Origin: Patescibacteria group bacterium | Lineage (GTDB): Bacteria; Patescibacteriota; Gracilibacteria; UBA4473 | Assembly (NCBI GenBank): GCA_965660445.1 | Contig: CBFIAK010000001.1 | Span: 160,001-224,000, forward strand | Direction: 5' to 3' | Length of the DNA stretch: 64,000 nucleotides | Shown here: piece by piece, positions 60,801-64,000 of the stretch | How positions within the stretch are numbered: position 1 is the stretch's first letter | How the letters are laid out: each line of letters starts with the position of its first letter | Position numbers and translations under genes: made by a program | Notes under the pieces: generated by a model | Database searches by the model: none | What the model was told of the DNA's origin: nothing | The model's input: only the letters and a program-made list of their open reading frames with translations

Positions 60801-62102
60801 GATGATGAAGTACATATCAAAGATATTCGTCTTGAAAACGACGTAAATGCTGATGGTACTGTTGATAATGAAGGTGCAGGGGATCGAGTTGATTTCAAAC
60901 TCTACAACGAAGCTGGACAACTCATTCAAACAAAACAAATGGTAAATGGAGCATTGCACTTCCAATTGGCAAATCAAGACCGAATTCGAGTGCCAAAAGA
61001 TGATTCAACATTTGTAACGATGAAAGTTGATGCTCGAGCAATCACTCAAGCCGCTCAAACTGGTGCACGATTAGCACTTTCTTTGGATGAAGGTCATCTT
61101 ACGAAGGGTATCGAAGCTATTACTGCCGCTACTGGTTCAGATATTTCTACTCCAGCAGCAGCTGCAGGATGGCAATCAGCTGCACAAGATGTAACGACTG
61201 AAGACTTTGTTATTTACCGAAGTCAAATCAGTGTAAATCATGCATCTGCACAACCAAACTTTCAAGATCCATCAACAGCATCTCAAGAAATTTACCGATT
61301 TACGGTAACTTCTGATGCGGCTCGACAAACAGAACTTGGTCGAGCAACATTCCGAATTGATCTTTCAGGTATGGAAACAGCAGCTAATGCATCATTTGTT
61401 GTTCGACAAGTGAAAGCAGATGGAACTATTGATAATAGTGCAAACGTAGCGACAACTTCAGATACTTTCACTGCAGCGTCAGATGTATCTGGAAACGTAA
61501 CTGTTTCATTTACAAATCAAAAACTTTCAGCTGGTGAGTCACGAACATACGCACTCTTCATGGATCAAACTACCAATACTGGTGGTGGAGACGCTGATGA
61601 TGATGCGGTGTCTGTAACAATCTTGCAAGATACAACATATGCAGCTCCAAATACACGAACTGCACAAGCATTAGTTGGTACAACATTAACTGTAGCAGGT
61701 GCAACACTTGATGCAGATCCTGCAGCAGGAAATATTACAGTTGGTGGTCAAACTATTGCAGTTGATATGCCAGACTTTGCAACTACAGCACAAATGGCTA
61801 CTACAATTGCAGCTGCAATTGACGGTAATGCAAATTTCTCTGCATCAGCTAATGGATCAGTTGTAACTATTACTTCAGTAGATACCAAAACTATTACAAG
61901 CTCTACTATAGATACTACAGCACTTATTGCCGCTATCTATGCAGCAGATGGTACTGATGATCAAACAATCACTGCTGATCAAACAGCAACACGAATGATT
62001 TGGTCTGATGAATCAAGTTCAGCTCATTCTGATACGACAGCTGACTGGTTGAACGGATACCTCATTGATGTTGATACAACTGCGAACGTAAATGCAGACT
62101 AA
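57825..62102 (+). CDS. S-layer protein with three N-terminal SLH domains
   Basis: Signal peptide; three G-x2-DG-x-F-x-P...(N/T)RAE repeats; acidic Thr/Ser/Val-rich body; strong high-expression codon bias. Confidence 0.9.
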   Translation: MGFFTNIKQGIASVALGAMAFAVLPLNAQAQLMFSDVMEIPSWSVEAIEELMDQGVISGNDDGSFAPNRQLNRAEVSKIIVLATGLPIDTSGGSAFPDVTEGDWFYDYVVTMYNYGYINGYPDGLFRPGVGINRAEMAKMVVNAFELDQDLSGAPHFGDVSSSDWFYGFVETAYNAGLMRGYGDGSFGPANAVTRAETVKIVYDAQLAVMAPVGPADGTLEVALSMDTPRGTNIPYNATSVPFLTVEMTASDDSDVEVSSMTFTRLGLGDNDDFKKVWLEIDGFKIGNDKSVNNADIAELRFNPPIVIPAGMTLMADLVASTKFTGDDQNVGHYNRFAVVSAQDIVSSALNVVGDFPIEGEEMQVTSYEVSQLRFSALGSDTTIEVGNSFVEVGKFRILNGSNTNKDVELRAITFKNDGTAEVADAFENLSLYVSGEQISAETIIDGDYVTFRLDNGITGGYVVEDGDSRIFSIRADVVSAERNDTINFKVDNYEDIVGVEIGTAFGVRAVAGDAGRSLSTSNNAQTTATSPACVAGTNVAEDNCARLYMYSVDSGDLNVSRDPASLGNQEYAPGSNDVVFMTARLVVDQPLLADGVNLYIASGSTVDGDDKLTEFNNRFDNFRLYLNDRMIDSENDFVGDTDCTVTATSCYLEFDTTFEIAGTSILKLVGNITQNAEDDDQIKLSVSATNFSSVEYISTGDQVSTSQLLGSATSSFVQVQQSSLVISRTDGLPSGQELVAGVDDMTFLGFVLDNNDSGDVNVTSITIAADTDANTTNAGDGVSGSARTYSNFTGAIFVDGVQQGSAKNFTSTGSATFNDLSTVIPSASQKEFTLVIDTIEASATDIATTISDAGGAVAESGVATWTVTSTTGMTVGDLLVVTDGTNTDVRAITAIVDADSVTVDSAAGNNYAAGDTVTIRHQIKFDVSDVDADNVENGQSVEITPTSIDGNLFVLVDSGSLTVSMGSTVFSDIIVAGQKEVEIGRIRFNASDDEVHIKDIRLENDVNADGTVDNEGAGDRVDFKLYNEAGQLIQTKQMVNGALHFQLANQDRIRVPKDDSTFVTMKVDARAITQAAQTGARLALSLDEGHLTKGIEAITAATGSDISTPAAAAGWQSAAQDVTTEDFVIYRSQISVNHASAQPNFQDPSTASQEIYRFTVTSDAARQTELGRATFRIDLSGMETAANASFVVRQVKADGTIDNSANVATTSDTFTAASDVSGNVTVSFTNQKLSAGESRTYALFMDQTTNTGGGDADDDAVSVTILQDTTYAAPNTRTAQALVGTTLTVAGATLDADPAAGNITVGGQTIAVDMPDFATTAQMATTIAAAIDGNANFSASANGSVVTITSVDTKTITSSTIDTTALIAAIYAADGTDDQTITADQTATRMIWSDESSSAHSDTTADWLNGYLIDVDTTANVNAD

Positions 62103-62161
62103 TCAATGGATATGATATCTATCATGCCAATCTTCCTTGCCTAAAACACAAGGAAAACCAC

Positions 62162-62198
62162 AAAAACCCCCAGCGCCTTCGGGCACTGGGGGTTTTTT
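62162..62198 (+). terminator. Strong terminator of the S-layer gene
   Basis: CCCCCAGCGCC-TTCG-GGCACTGGGGG followed by T6. Confidence 0.85.
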
Positions 62199-62200
62199 GT

Positions 62201-62343
62201 GAAGCGCAGGAGCGCTTTAGCGCTCGAATCTTGAATCTTGAATCTAGGGAAAATCACAAGGTTTTCTAAAGCCTTGTGATTTTTGTGATGGGAACAAGAT
62301 TCTAGATTCAAGATTCTAGATTCTCATTTAGATTCAAGATTCC
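62201..62343. repeat. Heptamer-flanked hairpin element (left of glyA)
   Basis: GAATCTT array, hairpin 62252-62281, AGATTC array; inverted relative to 63675-63814. Confidence 0.88.
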
Positions 62344-62413
62344 TACTTCTCTCTTGTTATTCCTTTTTTCATTTCTATAATACAACTAACACATTCCTTT
62401 CCCCTTTTCTTCT

Positions 62414-63655
62414 ATGTCTCTTCAATCCCAAGACCCCGCCGTATACAGCGCTCTTCAAGGCGAAATTGAACGCCAAAGCACAGGGCTCGAACTTATCCCG
62501 TCAGAAAACTATGTGTCTCAAGCCGTGCTTGAAGCATCTGGTTCTATACTTACCAATAAATACAGCGAAGGATACCCTGGACGTCGTTACTACGGAGGTC
62601 AAGAATATACCGATATCATCGAAAACCTTGCCATCGAACGAGCGTGCAGTCTTTTCAATTGCCAATACGCAAACGTGCAACCTCATTCTGGTGCTCCTGC
62701 CAATATCGCTACCTATTTTGCGTTGCTTCAACCCGGAGACACTATTTTAGGAATGGATCTTTCCCATGGTGGGCACCTAACCCACGGACACCCCGTGACT
62801 CATATTGCCAAAATTTTTCGGTTTGTACGATACGGTATGAAAGATATTACTACCGGAGAAATAGACTACGAAGCTCTTCGCCAAACAGCCCTCAAAGAAA
62901 AACCAAAAATGATCTTAGCCGGGTTTTCCGCCTACCCGCGTGAACTCGACTACCAAAAATTTGCCGATATCGCCCAAGAAGTCGGCGCTTATGCCGTTGC
63001 CGATATCGCCCATATCGCCGGACTTATCGCCGGAAAAGCACTCGCAAACCCGTTTGACTACGGGTTCGATGTGATGCTCTCAACAACCCATAAAACCCTT
63101 CGAGGTCCTCGAGGTGGGCTTATACTCGTGAAAGAGAACCCCGATATCATTAAAAAAATTAATAAATCAGTGTTCCCTGGGTTCCAAGGCGGTCCACATA
63201 TGCACCAAATTGCCGCTAAAGCAGTCTGCTTTGCAGAAGCACAAGATCCGTCGTTTCAAACCTATGCTCAAAACGTTATCCAAAACGCCAAAGCGATGGC
63301 AGACGTGTTTCTGCAAGAAAAAATTCGACTCATCACAGGAGGAACGGATAACCATCTTTTACTGGCGGATGTCTATAGTTCGCTCGGGGTTACCGGAAAA
63401 GAAGCCCAAACTGTGCTTGATGAAGTAGGAATCACCCTCAATATGAACGCTATCGCCGACGATCCACGCCCCCCCCTTGATCCATCAGGAATACGGTTTG
63501 GTACCCCAGCCATAACAACACGAGGGTTTGGTGTAAAAGAGTCAAAACAAGTCGCTCACGTGATGATTAACGTCTTAAGAGACAAAGATAACCCCGAAAC
63601 TAAAAAACGCGCTCGAAACGAAATTTTAGCGTTGTGTGAGGAGTATGCAGTATGA
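62414..63655 (+). CDS. glyA: Serine hydroxymethyltransferase
   Basis: LIPSEN, NKYSEGYPGRRYY, GGHLTHG, TTHKTLRGPRGG. Confidence 0.98.
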   Translation: MSLQSQDPAVYSALQGEIERQSTGLELIPSENYVSQAVLEASGSILTNKYSEGYPGRRYYGGQEYTDIIENLAIERACSLFNCQYANVQPHSGAPANIATYFALLQPGDTILGMDLSHGGHLTHGHPVTHIAKIFRFVRYGMKDITTGEIDYEALRQTALKEKPKMILAGFSAYPRELDYQKFADIAQEVGAYAVADIAHIAGLIAGKALANPFDYGFDVMLSTTHKTLRGPRGGLILVKENPDIIKKINKSVFPGFQGGPHMHQIAAKAVCFAEAQDPSFQTYAQNVIQNAKAMADVFLQEKIRLITGGTDNHLLLADVYSSLGVTGKEAQTVLDEVGITLNMNAIADDPRPPLDPSGIRFGTPAITTRGFGVKESKQVAHVMINVLRDKDNPETKKRARNEILALCEEYAV

Positions 63656-63674
63656 ATCTCTGATTCATACTTCA

Positions 63675-63814
63675 GAATCTTGAATCTAGAATCTAAATTA
63701 GAATCTGGAATCTTGAATCTAGAATCTTGTTCCCATCACAAAAATCACAAGGCGTTGCAATGCCTTGTGATTTCTTCTAGATTCCAGATTCTAATTTGAG
63801 CTCTTTAGAGCTCC
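63675..63814. repeat. Heptamer-flanked hairpin element (right of glyA)
   Basis: 63708-63753 is a perfect 46-bp reverse complement of 62271-62316. Confidence 0.88.
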
Positions 63815-64000
63815 ATAATATACCAAAAATTCACTTTGGCTCCCTTGGGTGGTGCTGAAGTGAATTTTTTCCTTTTTAAAAGGGGGTATTCTCGATTTAT
63901 CGAGATATAGAGGGGGAAATGGTTTCCCCCTCTACCCCCTTTACTGTATCTCAATCAACTCCACCTCAAATTGTAGCGGAGATCGTGGTGGAATAACGGG

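Overview
AT-rich bacterial chromosome segment, most consistent with a Patescibacteria/CPR organism (Peregrinibacteria-like; standard code, TGA is used as stop). It carries housekeeping genes in fragmented operons (dprA partial, secY, ruvA, ftsQ-like, frr, rel, valS, tpiA, rpsJ-rpsC, thyA-like, rpoC, rpsL-rpsG, gltX, miaB, gap, glyA), tmRNA, tRNA-Tyr, an RND pump, two large Cys-rich FISUMP-domain surface proteins and an SLH S-layer protein. The strongest unexplained signal is a REP-associated HUH/Y1 tyrosine transposase (RAYT-like, 51907-52503) next to a 1.1-kb mosaic of palindromic modules. Copies of these modules recur in five other intergenic regions: loopless GGAGACC|GGTCTCC palindromes paired at fixed 82/93-bp spacing, a 30-bp hairpin inside inverted heptamer arrays, and inverted copies flanking glyA. 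A ~165-nt rod-like fold sits inside the RAYT mosaic. Other leads: a thymidylate synthase with Asp at the dUMP/dCMP specificity position, a Rel with a degenerate hydrolase motif head-to-head with a standalone HD hydrolase and TrmB pair, a histidine-phosphatase insert in ValRS, and a probable oriC near 32.3-32.9 kb. All calls are by eye; no searches or folding programs were run.
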